Source of the DNA: Chlamydiota bacterium | GTDB taxonomy: Bacteria > Chlamydiota > Chlamydiia > Chlamydiales > 2-12-FULL-49-11 | Reading direction: 5' to 3' | NCBI GenBank assembly: GCA_947478685.1 | Contig: CANJWO010000001.1 | Coordinates: forward strand, 32,092 to 96,091 | Length of the DNA: 64,000 bases | In this document: positions 25,371 through 35,738 of the stretch, piece after piece | Layout: each line of letters begins with the position of its first letter | Position numbering within the stretch: position 1 is the stretch's first letter | The notes under the pieces: model-generated | The model's input: the letters and a program-made list of their open reading frames with translations, nothing else | The model's database searches: none | What the model was told of the DNA's origin: nothing | Program-made: the position numbers and the translations under genes

Positions 25371-28235
25371 ATGTCTTTTTTTGAATCAAAAGTCCGTGAA
25401 TCCAAAGTGCGCTTCTTTCTTTGCGTTGCATCTTTAACTTTAGTAGCTCAATCTCCGTTGCAGTTATATGCAAAGGCAGAAAATTATTCTGTAGAAGATA
25501 AGGAAGAGGCTTTTCTTGTCCGTAGAATTGCAGAATTCTGGAAAGACCAAGATTTTGTGGTGGTAAAAGCTCAAATTGTCAGTTTTTTAGAAAAATATCC
25601 AAAAAGCAAGATCAATGATCATCTTCGCGGTATATTAGGAGATCTCTATCTTCAAGAGAACGCTTATGAAGATGCCCTTTCCCTCTATACTCAAATTCAA
25701 ACAGCTCCAATCCTCGATAAAATCATCCTCAATAAACTTCAATGTCTATATGAGCTCAACTTTTTTGATGCAATGGCTGGGGCCGGGACACCCTACTTAA
25801 CAAAATCGATACCCGAAATAGAAGCAAGAAAAGATGAGTTTCGTTTTCTGATGGGTGAAGCTTATTTCCGTGGGGCGCTTTTAAATGACAATCAAGCAAA
25901 GAAGCTTGAAGCATTTACAAAAGCTGAACCTCTATATGAAGGGGTTTTGAATTCTTCTTTTAACGACCCTTCAATGTTTGCTCTAGCTGAAATTTACAGA
26001 GCTAAAAAAGATAATTCTAAAGCTGCCAATTTCTTTTTACAGTTGGCGGAAAGACATCCAGATAAACGAGAAGACCTCCTATTTCATGCAGCTTTAGCAC
26101 AAGCCGACTTTGACCGAACTGCTGCAATCCAGACCTTTTCTCAAATCATTGCAAAAAATGGTCCTAAAGCTAAAGATGCTGCTCTAAACCAGCTCATCCT
26201 CCTCTTCCAAGAAGATAAATTCAAGGATGTCCTTGTCACCTATCCAAAGATGATACAAACAATTGCTCCAGATAAAGAGTCTGTAGTTAATTATATGATC
26301 GGAAGAAGTTATTTTGCTGAGGAAGATTACGAGAAATCTTCTCTTTGGCTTAAAAAATATATTTTGACTGCAGTCGATCCCTCTTTAGAGTTACGAAATG
26401 CCCTTTTAATGCAGCTTAACTCGGCTCAAACGTTAAAGAATGAAATTCTTTATCACGAGACAATGACACTTCTCCAAACTGTCTTTCCAAAAGATGCAGA
26501 ACTTCCGCAAGCTCTTTTTGTTCACGCCATGATGTTGAAAGATAAGGAAGATTTCAAAGGATCAGAAGCTAAGCTTGAAGAGATTCTCCAAAACCATCCA
26601 AGCTTTGAAAGTCCTGAATCTCTATTACTTGAATACAGTATTGTAACACATAGCAATCAAGATTTTGAAAAATGTCATAATGCGCTTTCACTCTTCTTAA
26701 AGAAATATCCTGAAAGCTCTTTTGCACCATCGGCTTGGAAATACTTCTTATCTAGCGGCCTGAATCTTCTTAAGCAAAAGGAAGCAGGCGTTGATGTTAT
26801 CTATTCTAGAGAACAATTTTATGATGACCTTAAAAAGATTCTCGCTCAAAAAGATTCCTTAACACCAACAGAGAAACAAGAATGTCTTTTCTTGCAGGGG
26901 AAAATGGGATATGAGCTTGCAAAATATAATGAAGCACTTTCAACGCTTAATATCTATCTTACAAGTTATTCAAACGATCCTACACTTCCAGAAGCTCACC
27001 TTTTAACAGCACTTTGCCATAACAAGTTAAAGGGAGATTCTAAACTTTTCTGTGAGCATGCAGAGGCAGCTCTCAAGGGAAATCCCGATTTAACAAATAA
27101 ATCGTCTATCCACCTTGAGCTATATAATGTCTATCTTGCCTCCATTAACGGGGCAGTAAATAATCAAAACAAGTCACCCGCTCGCGATAGTGAGCTTTAT
27201 GATCTAGCAGCAGAACATCTTTATCAAGCAATGCAAACAAAGGACATTTCCCTAAAATTGGAAAATCGTCTCTGGCTTGCTAATTACTATTACGACAAAG
27301 CTGTTACTCTACCGCAAATATTTGAGGCAGATGGAACTTTACCTGCGCCAGAAATGCAGCCTGCCTATAGTAGATCTAGATCTCTTCTTCAGACTATTTT
27401 AACAAATGACAACTCTACAACTTTAATTCCAATGGATAAAGAGCATACATTCTTAGAATGGGAAGTTCTAAAATTAGCAAATCTCTCAGGAAGAGAGGGA
27501 AAATATGATAAGAAAATAGATCTCTTAAGAGGACTTATTGAAGAGCAGACCAATCATCCTGAATGGAATTGGAAACTTCAAAAAGAGGCCCTTCTAGAGC
27601 TTGCAAAATCATATGAAATCACAGCACAGAGAGATAGCTCATATGACACATATAAATTCATAGTCGATCATTTCAAAAAAGATCCCTCTTTTGTCTCTGA
27701 ATATGCATCTCTTCACTCTTCGCGACTAAAATTTGCAACCCTAAAAGCAGATCAGAAAAAAGATGATAATGCTGAAGTTCTCAAAATTTTTGGCGATTTA
27801 AAAGAATTGCAAATCCGAAAATCTCCTTCCTCAGAGCCTCTTCATCTAGAAGCTGCACTAGAATATGCGTGGATCAGAGCCCAAACTGCAAAAGATGATG
27901 AAAAGGCTTTCCGTTACCTCTTCTTTCTCAATCGGATCAAAGAGGATTTTAACGATCTAGATGATCCTATGATCGCTAGCTATCACAAAGGATTGAAAGA
28001 GAATCCACAGAAAGCAAAACTCTATGCAATCTATACTCAGTTTTTAGAAGCTGAGATAGAGCGCTGTAATGCAGCATTTGCTTCTAAAGATGGCAAATCG
28101 TCTGTGGCTGCTGGATGCAATGAGAAAGCAAAATCAATCCTCTCATCCTTTGTGAAAGAGCCCGAATCTCCTTATTACTTGAAGATCCGCGCAGAAGAAA
28201 GCTTAAGTGCGTTGAAGAAATCAAAAATCACTTAA
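25371..28235 (+). CDS. Large secreted TPR-repeat protein
   Basis: 954 aa. Signal-like N-terminus FFLCVASLTLVAQSPLQLYA. Many TPR-type A/Y/L helical pairs throughout. Confidence 0.75.
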   Translation: MSFFESKVRESKVRFFLCVASLTLVAQSPLQLYAKAENYSVEDKEEAFLVRRIAEFWKDQDFVVVKAQIVSFLEKYPKSKINDHLRGILGDLYLQENAYEDALSLYTQIQTAPILDKIILNKLQCLYELNFFDAMAGAGTPYLTKSIPEIEARKDEFRFLMGEAYFRGALLNDNQAKKLEAFTKAEPLYEGVLNSSFNDPSMFALAEIYRAKKDNSKAANFFLQLAERHPDKREDLLFHAALAQADFDRTAAIQTFSQIIAKNGPKAKDAALNQLILLFQEDKFKDVLVTYPKMIQTIAPDKESVVNYMIGRSYFAEEDYEKSSLWLKKYILTAVDPSLELRNALLMQLNSAQTLKNEILYHETMTLLQTVFPKDAELPQALFVHAMMLKDKEDFKGSEAKLEEILQNHPSFESPESLLLEYSIVTHSNQDFEKCHNALSLFLKKYPESSFAPSAWKYFLSSGLNLLKQKEAGVDVIYSREQFYDDLKKILAQKDSLTPTEKQECLFLQGKMGYELAKYNEALSTLNIYLTSYSNDPTLPEAHLLTALCHNKLKGDSKLFCEHAEAALKGNPDLTNKSSIHLELYNVYLASINGAVNNQNKSPARDSELYDLAAEHLYQAMQTKDISLKLENRLWLANYYYDKAVTLPQIFEADGTLPAPEMQPAYSRSRSLLQTILTNDNSTTLIPMDKEHTFLEWEVLKLANLSGREGKYDKKIDLLRGLIEEQTNHPEWNWKLQKEALLELAKSYEITAQRDSSYDTYKFIVDHFKKDPSFVSEYASLHSSRLKFATLKADQKKDDNAEVLKIFGDLKELQIRKSPSSEPLHLEAALEYAWIRAQTAKDDEKAFRYLFFLNRIKEDFNDLDDPMIASYHKGLKENPQKAKLYAIYTQFLEAEIERCNAAFASKDGKSSVAAGCNEKAKSILSSFVKEPESPYYLKIRAEESLSALKKSKIT

Positions 28236-28247
28236 ATGAGAGCATGA

Positions 28248-31200
28248 GTGTTAGCAAGTATCTGCCTAAGCACATCTCTTCTTATTTCAGAAGGTCTTCA
28301 TCTCCAAGATGAAGACCTTCCTAGGTATAAATCCTATTACTATCAAAGATCTCCAGAATTGGAAGTAAAATCGTTTTATTTTCCCTCTTTTGAAATGAAT
28401 CCACCGCAGATGAAGCTTGTTAAAGTAGACCAGCATTTTCTCCCCCTCTCCTCTTTTCTAAATGAACAAAAATGGGAGATTTCCTATATAACTGATACAA
28501 ATCAAGTCATTTTTTATATCCCCTTCTCCTCCTCATTTTATTATTCTCTCCCCTATTCCTCTGTAACAACATTTGATTTCAACTTTTTCCACAGGCAAGA
28601 ATCTAATTTATTAGTTTTTGAAAAACAGTTAGATTACCCGGTAGAAGCCCCGGGTTGCCACATTGATCATCTCTCTATTTTGCCCCTCTCTTCAAAGTTT
28701 AAGATAACTCACCCCCTATCTCCGATCATCTTAAAATATAGAGAATCATCAGGAGGTTATACTTACCAAAAGCAGAGATCTTCGCTCTCTCCTTTTATTG
28801 ATAATTACCTCCCTTTTTGCCCTTTAGACTCACTACATTTAAATGCTCCCTTTTTGCAACCGGAGAAAGTTCCTTCAAGGACAGATACTGAGATACATTA
28901 TAGATCACCAAAAAATATTGAACTAAATTACGCACTACCCTCCCTTGACCAAAAGGCCTTATTTAGAAAAAGTTTTAACACTAAATCCTCGCCTACCTCC
29001 TGTATTACACTACAAGAGATCTATCCTCCTAAACTGCATTTACCTTTCATATCATCTCTCTCCTATCCCACTCTAGATTCTCACCCTTTAACGCGAGTCT
29101 TAAGAGGATCTCCCAAAATGGGATCCTCCCCGATAAAAGAGACCGAAAATGTGATACCCGAAAAAAACAACCTCCAAATTCCCCTTGTCATTTGCAAAAA
29201 CGATAAAACTCCCATTTATCAGCCCAATTACAAGTTGATGCAAACTGCTAGGTCTTTTCTCTATACAACATCTTCACTACCACCTACAAAAATCGCCTTT
29301 CTTCATTTTTCGAACATAGAGATGCCGGCACTGCAACTTAATACAAATACAACCACTTCAAAACCAGAGAGCCCACCCCTTTCCCCTAATCTTTTACAAC
29401 TCCCCCCATTCACTCACAAGTCTGCAGACATCTCTATTGCCTTGAATATCCCTAAGATGAAAAAAGAGATCAAGCAATCCGCATTTAAACCTTTTCGTTC
29501 AAATATTGACTGCATATCTCTCTCTTTATCCCATATGAAAGGGTCAATCTCCTATTTTTCACACCTCGATATACTACCAAACCCCTCTTATAGCCCTCCT
29601 AAACTGCAAAACCCATACCAAATTGCTCACGCGAAACCCTCTAGTCAATCGCAGAAGATCCTTAACTATAATGGAGGTGAGCTTGCTCTAAATAACTTGC
29701 AACTCTCCCATAAATTCGTCCTCGCACATTCGCTTTCCTTAAGAAAAAGTTCTCTCTCTCTTAATCCTTACAACCCTACTACTGGATCTAAACCAGAGTT
29801 GCTTGCCTCACTAAATAGTTGGAACCCTACACAGCTCCCCTCTACTCTCATTACTAAACCGCAATTTCCAAAAAGCCCCCTCTATGTATCTTCGAAAGAG
29901 CTTGTTAAACCCCAAACTATTCTTTCTAGCAACTTACCAATTTTAGCCATTCAGATCACTAAGCCTGCAGCAGAACATACATTTATCGTAACTAATAGTT
30001 CCCCTACGCTCTGCCTTGTAACTACATTGCCAGCGATCGGAAAATCTTTTATTCCTTACAATCTGAATAACACTACATTAGACACTCTCGTAACCCTCTA
30101 TTTAAAAGAAATCCCTCCCTCTTCAAAAACTTTTTTTGCTTATCACCAAGCAATCGTAAGCTCATTCCAAGAAAATAACTCCGCTAACCGCAATATCTCC
30201 TTTTCGGAGATCGCTTGCTCTTTAGCCTTACCAGGAAATATTTCACATCAAATTACCCTTCCAAAAAGCTCATTCTCCCTTGATACTTTAGCGACTAAAT
30301 CTCTAGTTAAAATTGATTCTAAATTAGCACCAAAAGAGGGACTATTTCCTGAAAAACAATTTTTACAAGCAGGCCTTCTTACCACTCTTGTCCCAGTTCA
30401 ATCCTACCCTCCAGGCTCACTCCCTTATACCAATCTAGAAGCGACAAATATCAATAACTTTATTTATATTTCTCCCTCTCAGCCAACATGCTCATTAATA
30501 GAGCTAAGAGCCCTCTCAACTTCATTTATGCCAAAAGTTGGCTTTGATGAGTTAATTGTTGCTCTTCAAGAGATTAGAGATCTTTCATCCTTTTCATTTG
30601 TCTCCCTGGAAGCTTCAAGTACAAACCGTGCTAACAGATTTATTCTTCAATATCTTGCTGAATTGCCTTCTTTAGAATTATTACAAACCTACTCTCTTTC
30701 AGATGACTTTAAAGTCGATGCTCATATTCTCCAAAAACCAGATAAAAATGGGTTTTCCTTTTCTCTACAAATCTCCCCATATGATCACGAGTGTTTAAAC
30801 CCGGTACCTTCTAAAGTATATTTCATCTTAGACAGAAGCAGCTCAATAGAATCTCACCGTTTTAATGCCTTTAAAAATGGTCTTTTACAATCACTAAGCC
30901 ACCTCCATCCATCGTCATCTTTCAATATAATTACTTTTGATCAATCTTGGGAAAAATTAAGTCCTGAAGATTTGAAACCCTCAAAGTCTTCTATTCAATA
31001 CATGAAAAAAAGTTTAGAGAAAGTAAATCAAAAGTGGAGCTCATCCTTCCCAACACTTTTATCAGCTCTTGAAGAGCTGCAAAAAGAGGCAGAAAGCTCG
31101 GGCGATCCCCACACAGTCATTATTCTATCAAACGGGCACTTCTTAAAAAACCTCCGCTATAATAGAGAATCTTTCCAGAAACTTTTTCACGCTCCTACAG

Positions 31201-31715
31201 ATAATTTCTCTCTCTTTACTGCCGCGATCAGTGATAATAACAACACCTTCATGCTAGACCTAATAGCAAAACTCGGAAGGGGCGAATTCCTCCATTCTCA
31301 AACTCACGCCGCCTTCCCTAGAAAACTAGCTGTCCTTGTCAAAAGGCTTCAAAGACCACTTGCCTCTGACCTTAGAATTACACTGCTAGACTCAAATAAA
31401 AAAATCACTCTTGTCCATGATACCAACACAGCTCCCCTCCTTTTTTCTGACAAGCTATACAACATCTATGGATCTACCGATAAGCTCGAAGCAATCAACC
31501 TCATCATCCAAGGTAAGTCAGGTGATAAATGGATAAATATTGTGAAGAAAATCGATCTCACAAAAGCCGAAAAAGGGAAAACTCTCGATAAAGAACTAGC
31601 CGCTAAACAAGCTCTTTCACACGTAATGAACTTTATCTTCACCAATAATCAGGCTGAGCTCCTAGCTGCCAAAGAGCTTCTTTCCCCCTTTGACATCAAA
31701 TGGGCGCTAAACTAA
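28248..31715 (+). CDS. Very large protein: about 830 aa Ser/Pro/Leu-rich region plus a C-terminal von Willebrand factor A domain
   Basis: 1155 aa with a GTG start 13 nt after the TPR gene. MIDAS-like VYFILDRSSSIE (DxSxS), ..FNIITFD.., ..HTVIILSNGH.. No family recognised for the N-terminal part. Confidence 0.75.
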   Translation: MLASICLSTSLLISEGLHLQDEDLPRYKSYYYQRSPELEVKSFYFPSFEMNPPQMKLVKVDQHFLPLSSFLNEQKWEISYITDTNQVIFYIPFSSSFYYSLPYSSVTTFDFNFFHRQESNLLVFEKQLDYPVEAPGCHIDHLSILPLSSKFKITHPLSPIILKYRESSGGYTYQKQRSSLSPFIDNYLPFCPLDSLHLNAPFLQPEKVPSRTDTEIHYRSPKNIELNYALPSLDQKALFRKSFNTKSSPTSCITLQEIYPPKLHLPFISSLSYPTLDSHPLTRVLRGSPKMGSSPIKETENVIPEKNNLQIPLVICKNDKTPIYQPNYKLMQTARSFLYTTSSLPPTKIAFLHFSNIEMPALQLNTNTTTSKPESPPLSPNLLQLPPFTHKSADISIALNIPKMKKEIKQSAFKPFRSNIDCISLSLSHMKGSISYFSHLDILPNPSYSPPKLQNPYQIAHAKPSSQSQKILNYNGGELALNNLQLSHKFVLAHSLSLRKSSLSLNPYNPTTGSKPELLASLNSWNPTQLPSTLITKPQFPKSPLYVSSKELVKPQTILSSNLPILAIQITKPAAEHTFIVTNSSPTLCLVTTLPAIGKSFIPYNLNNTTLDTLVTLYLKEIPPSSKTFFAYHQAIVSSFQENNSANRNISFSEIACSLALPGNISHQITLPKSSFSLDTLATKSLVKIDSKLAPKEGLFPEKQFLQAGLLTTLVPVQSYPPGSLPYTNLEATNINNFIYISPSQPTCSLIELRALSTSFMPKVGFDELIVALQEIRDLSSFSFVSLEASSTNRANRFILQYLAELPSLELLQTYSLSDDFKVDAHILQKPDKNGFSFSLQISPYDHECLNPVPSKVYFILDRSSSIESHRFNAFKNGLLQSLSHLHPSSSFNIITFDQSWEKLSPEDLKPSKSSIQYMKKSLEKVNQKWSSSFPTLLSALEELQKEAESSGDPHTVIILSNGHFLKNLRYNRESFQKLFHAPTDNFSLFTAAISDNNNTFMLDLIAKLGRGEFLHSQTHAAFPRKLAVLVKRLQRPLASDLRITLLDSNKKITLVHDTNTAPLLFSDKLYNIYGSTDKLEAINLIIQGKSGDKWINIVKKIDLTKAEKGKTLDKELAAKQALSHVMNFIFTNNQAELLAAKELLSPFDIKWALN

Positions 31716-31725
31716 ACTGTCTGGT

Positions 31726-32292
31726 ATGAATTTAAAAATACTTGGCGGAGAGTTAAAAGGGCGCAATATTAAGACCCCTGGAACTCCCAAGACACGCCCT
31801 ATCACTTCTCTGTTACGCAAATCAATATTTGACACCTGTCAATTTTATATTGAAGATGCAAGGGTTCTCGACCTCTTTGCAGGCTCTGGAGCAATTGGTA
31901 TTGAGGCACTTAGCCGAGGGGCAAAGCATGCCTATTTTATAGATAATGAATATACTGCAGTTCAATGCATCAAAGAAAATCTACTAACACACAATCTTAA
32001 AAGTCGATCTCACCTTTTAGACCAAGACGCCTTTCTTTTTTTGGAAGAGTATGACAAAGAACCTTTTGATATCCTCTTCATCGATCCCCCTTATCCGATC
32101 GGCCTTGCCGGCTACCAAAAGCTTATTGATCTCCTTCTTAAGTCTAAAGCCCTCTCGCCCGAAAGCAAAATCTTCCTAGAAGGTCCAACAACCCTCACTC
32201 GGTCGCTCACCCCCATCCTTGAAGCCTCATTCACAATCCGCAGGCAAAAACAAAGTGGCACTACGACCCTGTTCCAACTCCTAGTTAGTTGA
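31726..32292 (+). CDS. rsmD: 16S rRNA (guanine966-N2)-methyltransferase RsmD
   Basis: 188 aa. RPITSLLRKSIFD, LDLFAGSGAIGIEALSRGA, IDPPY. Confidence 0.85.
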   Translation: MNLKILGGELKGRNIKTPGTPKTRPITSLLRKSIFDTCQFYIEDARVLDLFAGSGAIGIEALSRGAKHAYFIDNEYTAVQCIKENLLTHNLKSRSHLLDQDAFLFLEEYDKEPFDILFIDPPYPIGLAGYQKLIDLLLKSKALSPESKIFLEGPTTLTRSLTPILEASFTIRRQKQSGTTTLFQLLVS

Positions 32293-34780
32293 AAGACTCC
32301 TTTGAGATGAGCTGGTCGTCTTTATAGATTTGGAGGAGACGCGGCTTGCCGCTGTCGTAGTATTTGTTAAATTTCCCCTCTTTTTTGCCAGCTTTGTATT
32401 CGCCTTCAAAGACGAGAACCCCTGCTTCATTCCATGATTTAGAAGGGCCGTCTTGCAGGCCATCTTTATAGTTTACGAGAGCAGACATTTTGCCATCAGG
32501 ATAAAAGCTTGTCTCTTCGCCATGAATCATTTCATTTGAATATGGGGTGATTTTGAATATGCCCCCTTCTGGGAAGTATTGAATATTTTCCCCATTTCGC
32601 TTGTCATTGAGGAAACGTATTTTTGCAACCATTTGGCCTTTGACGTTATAGAGGGTTGCATCACCCTCTTTTCTCCCTTTAGAAAATTGTGAAACTGCGA
32701 GAAGAATCGCTGCATCATTGTATTCTCTAACCTCGCCTTCAATTTGACCATCTATATATGTTGCTTCGAGCGCTTTTACTTTTCCATATTTTTGATGGAG
32801 GGGATAATAGACTTCGTATGGCCCCTCTTTTTTATTTTTCACATAAGTACATATTACCTCTCTACCGGCCTGATCTTTTTGCATCAATTTTCCATGAAGC
32901 TTTCCTTTTTCATAGAAGCCCTCTTCCATGATTTCGCCAGTTTCCGAATAGAGAGCCTTTCTTCCGTGCAGAACTCCATCATCATAATTCATAACAGACT
33001 GCAAGTTGCCATTTGAAAAGAACATTTTTTGTTCCCCATGCATAGCCCCTTTACTATTATGCATACAGAGTCTAAGAAGGGTCTGTTTTTGTCCCTCTTT
33101 TATTTGTGATTTCTGGTAAAACTCTCTCTGCTCTCCGACAAAATTACCCAATTTATAGAGTTTTGAAAAGGCAAGGGTTCCATCCTCGTACCATCCTTCG
33201 CAGGTTCCATCAGGCTTATCATTTTGATAGTTCGCCTTTAGTTTGAGCTGTCCATTATCATGATATTCAAGTGTCTTTCCCTGGCGGACGCCGTGGGCCA
33301 CCTCCACCACCTCTTTAGGACGATTTTTTCCATAAAAAGAGGAGATAACCCCTTTCACTTTCCCCTTATCATAAGTCTCATCTAGAAGAAGCTCACCCTT
33401 CTCATTCCACTGTTTATGAGCACCCGACATCAAACCCTTAATATAATTGATAGATTCTCTCTCTACCCCATTCTCATACCAAGACTGATGTAATCCTAAA
33501 GGCTCTCCCTTTTGAAATGATCGTTTTGATTTAATTTGACCATTTGAATACCATTCTGTAATCACCCCATCAACCAAATCATCTTCATAGGTTGCTTTTA
33601 GTGACGGACTCCCATTCTCATGCCACTCCCTGCCGAGCCCTGATAACTTGCCATCTTTGTAAAAAAAGGATTTGTAAGGAGTTCCGTTTGAATAGTACTC
33701 TTTCTGATCGCCAGAAAATTTCCCATCTTTATAAGAATAATCAACTTGCAAACTTCCATTCTCTGTCCATTTTTTAAACTGCCCTTCAAGTTTTTCATTT
33801 TTAAGGGTATATTCAGAAGTCACTATTCCATTTTCAGCAAATTCTTTAATGGGTTTAAGCAAATCACCTTTATCATTAAATTCGGCATAGAACTTGTATT
33901 GTCCATTTTCATATTTGAGAAAGCTAATACCAACACGCATTCCATCTTTATAAGTAGTTTCACCAATTAGTTCTCCATCTACGGAAAACGCCTGAGCTAA
34001 GCCATGCATCTTGCCATCTTTGTATCCAACTTTATCACTCTCCTTTCCATTTGAATGATAAGCTACATGCACTCCAAAAGGAATTCCATGACTAAAATGT
34101 CGAATAGAAAAAATTGCGCCGAGCTCATCATATGCAATCAGAGCAGGGTTATTTCCATAATCATCTTCCTTATCGGCAACATAGTTAATTTTTATTCTTG
34201 CGACACCATTTTCATGCCACTCAATTGCTAGGCCTTCCTTAAGACCATTTTTATAAGGGACCATCCCTTTTCGCTTTCCACTCTGGTAATAGCTCCAAGA
34301 CTCCCCTTCAACTCTCCCGTTATTAAAATGACATTCAAACTCTTTTTGACCCTCATCATAATAGACTATTTTTGGGCCCCACAAAACATCTTGATCAAAT
34401 AATTCTTCACTTCTAACGTTGCCATTTTGATAAAACTCTTTATGAGGTCCATGCTTAATCCCTGACTTATAGCAAAAAATCTCTTTTACCTTACCATCCG
34501 GATAATAATTAACTGAAAGACCGTGCTCTTTTTCATTTAAGAGATCCTCCTCTACCGAAACAGATCCATTCTCAAGAAGAATAACTCTTTTGACTGCGGC
34601 CTCTTTTCCATCGCTTTGATCTTCAAAAAAATAGACCGCCTTTGCAGCTCCATTCTCATAGACTTGAGTAATTGATGGCCTCCATTCGGGGGCTCTCGGT
34701 TGTAAATGATCGCTAACAATTTCGACTTGATGGCCCAAAAGTGACCCAACAACAGTTGTTGCAAGCAAAATGAATTTCAT
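32285..34780 (-). CDS. Secreted MORN/YwqK-like repeat protein
   Basis: 831 aa. Signal peptide MKFILLATTVVGSLLG, then about 30 copies of a ~23-aa G.x.Y..nG.l...x.Y.dG..hG repeat. ATGA overlap with the upstream pseudopilin gene. Confidence 0.8.
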   Translation of the reverse strand: MKFILLATTVVGSLLGHQVEIVSDHLQPRAPEWRPSITQVYENGAAKAVYFFEDQSDGKEAAVKRVILLENGSVSVEEDLLNEKEHGLSVNYYPDGKVKEIFCYKSGIKHGPHKEFYQNGNVRSEELFDQDVLWGPKIVYYDEGQKEFECHFNNGRVEGESWSYYQSGKRKGMVPYKNGLKEGLAIEWHENGVARIKINYVADKEDDYGNNPALIAYDELGAIFSIRHFSHGIPFGVHVAYHSNGKESDKVGYKDGKMHGLAQAFSVDGELIGETTYKDGMRVGISFLKYENGQYKFYAEFNDKGDLLKPIKEFAENGIVTSEYTLKNEKLEGQFKKWTENGSLQVDYSYKDGKFSGDQKEYYSNGTPYKSFFYKDGKLSGLGREWHENGSPSLKATYEDDLVDGVITEWYSNGQIKSKRSFQKGEPLGLHQSWYENGVERESINYIKGLMSGAHKQWNEKGELLLDETYDKGKVKGVISSFYGKNRPKEVVEVAHGVRQGKTLEYHDNGQLKLKANYQNDKPDGTCEGWYEDGTLAFSKLYKLGNFVGEQREFYQKSQIKEGQKQTLLRLCMHNSKGAMHGEQKMFFSNGNLQSVMNYDDGVLHGRKALYSETGEIMEEGFYEKGKLHGKLMQKDQAGREVICTYVKNKKEGPYEVYYPLHQKYGKVKALEATYIDGQIEGEVREYNDAAILLAVSQFSKGRKEGDATLYNVKGQMVAKIRFLNDKRNGENIQYFPEGGIFKITPYSNEMIHGEETSFYPDGKMSALVNYKDGLQDGPSKSWNEAGVLVFEGEYKAGKKEGKFNKYYDSGKPRLLQIYKDDQLISKESFN

Positions 34781-35229
34781 ATAGCCTTCCTATAAGAGTG
34801 TTTTACATCAACACTATATTGTTTTTTTAAATGGCTTGCCATAGAAAGAGTGAGTCTATCTTCACCCTCTATCCAGCCATTCCCATAAAAGTAGATCTCT
34901 TTAGTCTCATCTTCTTTCCCAAACACTATTTCCGGAAATGCTACAGTAGTATGAAACAGCGCTTTTATCGAACTCTGAGGAGAATCTGTCTTTCGTGTAA
35001 GATAAATCTTCCCCTTTTTTTGTTCCATCAATAAATTGATATCAATCTGAAAGTTGAGAGCCAAACTTTTTGTAAGGTTAATCTCTGAAGTGATTTTTTC
35101 ACAGGAGGTAGAAAATCTCCTCTCTTGTAAGAGCTTCCCCCCCTTATATATAGCAACAGACCCTGCCATCGCCAACAGCATCATACAGACCAATATCTCA
35201 ATCAGTGTAAAACTTTTCTTAATCATCAT
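34777..35229 (-). CDS. Type II secretion pseudopilin-like protein
   Basis: 150 aa. Prepilin-type N-terminus MMIKKSFTLIEILVCMMLLAMAGSV. Confidence 0.75.
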   Translation of the reverse strand: MMIKKSFTLIEILVCMMLLAMAGSVAIYKGGKLLQERRFSTSCEKITSEINLTKSLALNFQIDINLLMEQKKGKIYLTRKTDSPQSSIKALFHTTVAFPEIVFGKEDETKEIYFYGNGWIEGEDRLTLSMASHLKKQYSVDVKHSYRKAI

Positions 35230-35263
35230 TCACCAAAAAAGATTTTTACTTACTTTTTTATTT

Positions 35264-35728
35264 TTAGCTGTCGGCGTGGAGTTCATCTTCATCGAAGTGG
35301 AAGGCCCATGGATATTCATTCTGCATCTCTTGATTGGTCATCTTTTTCTTGGTCTTTAAAAAATTGTACCAATTTTTTGAGAAGACAAAAAAGTCGGGCT
35401 CTTGACCGTCGCGAGATTCAATTTTTTCGATAATATATTTTTGGTTCCAGCCATCTTTGATTAATTTGTCAGCTCTATTTACAAAACCTGTATCTCTCAA
35501 GGCATCTTCAGGTTCGGCGAGGACGCTATCAAATGCATCTTTTTTTTGTGCAATTTGAAGGTTGAGAAAATCATAGACTTGTTTTGAACCTTGCTCGCTT
35601 TTAAAGGATTTTCCCTCATCCAAGCTCCCTTTCATGTTGTAACCTATCACGCTGCCAATTAGGCCGATGATAAATATTACAATCATAATTTCAATCAGGG
35701 TAAGCGCCTTTTTTTTTATCTTAACCAT
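35264..35728 (-). CDS. gspG: Type II secretion major pseudopilin GspG
   Basis: 154 aa. KKKALTLIEIMIVIFIIGLIGSV prepilin cleavage/methylation motif. Position is after gspF. Confidence 0.82.
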   Translation of the reverse strand: MVKIKKKALTLIEIMIVIFIIGLIGSVIGYNMKGSLDEGKSFKSEQGSKQVYDFLNLQIAQKKDAFDSVLAEPEDALRDTGFVNRADKLIKDGWNQKYIIEKIESRDGQEPDFFVFSKNWYNFLKTKKKMTNQEMQNEYPWAFHFDEDELHADS

Positions 35729-35738
35729 GCAGTATCCC

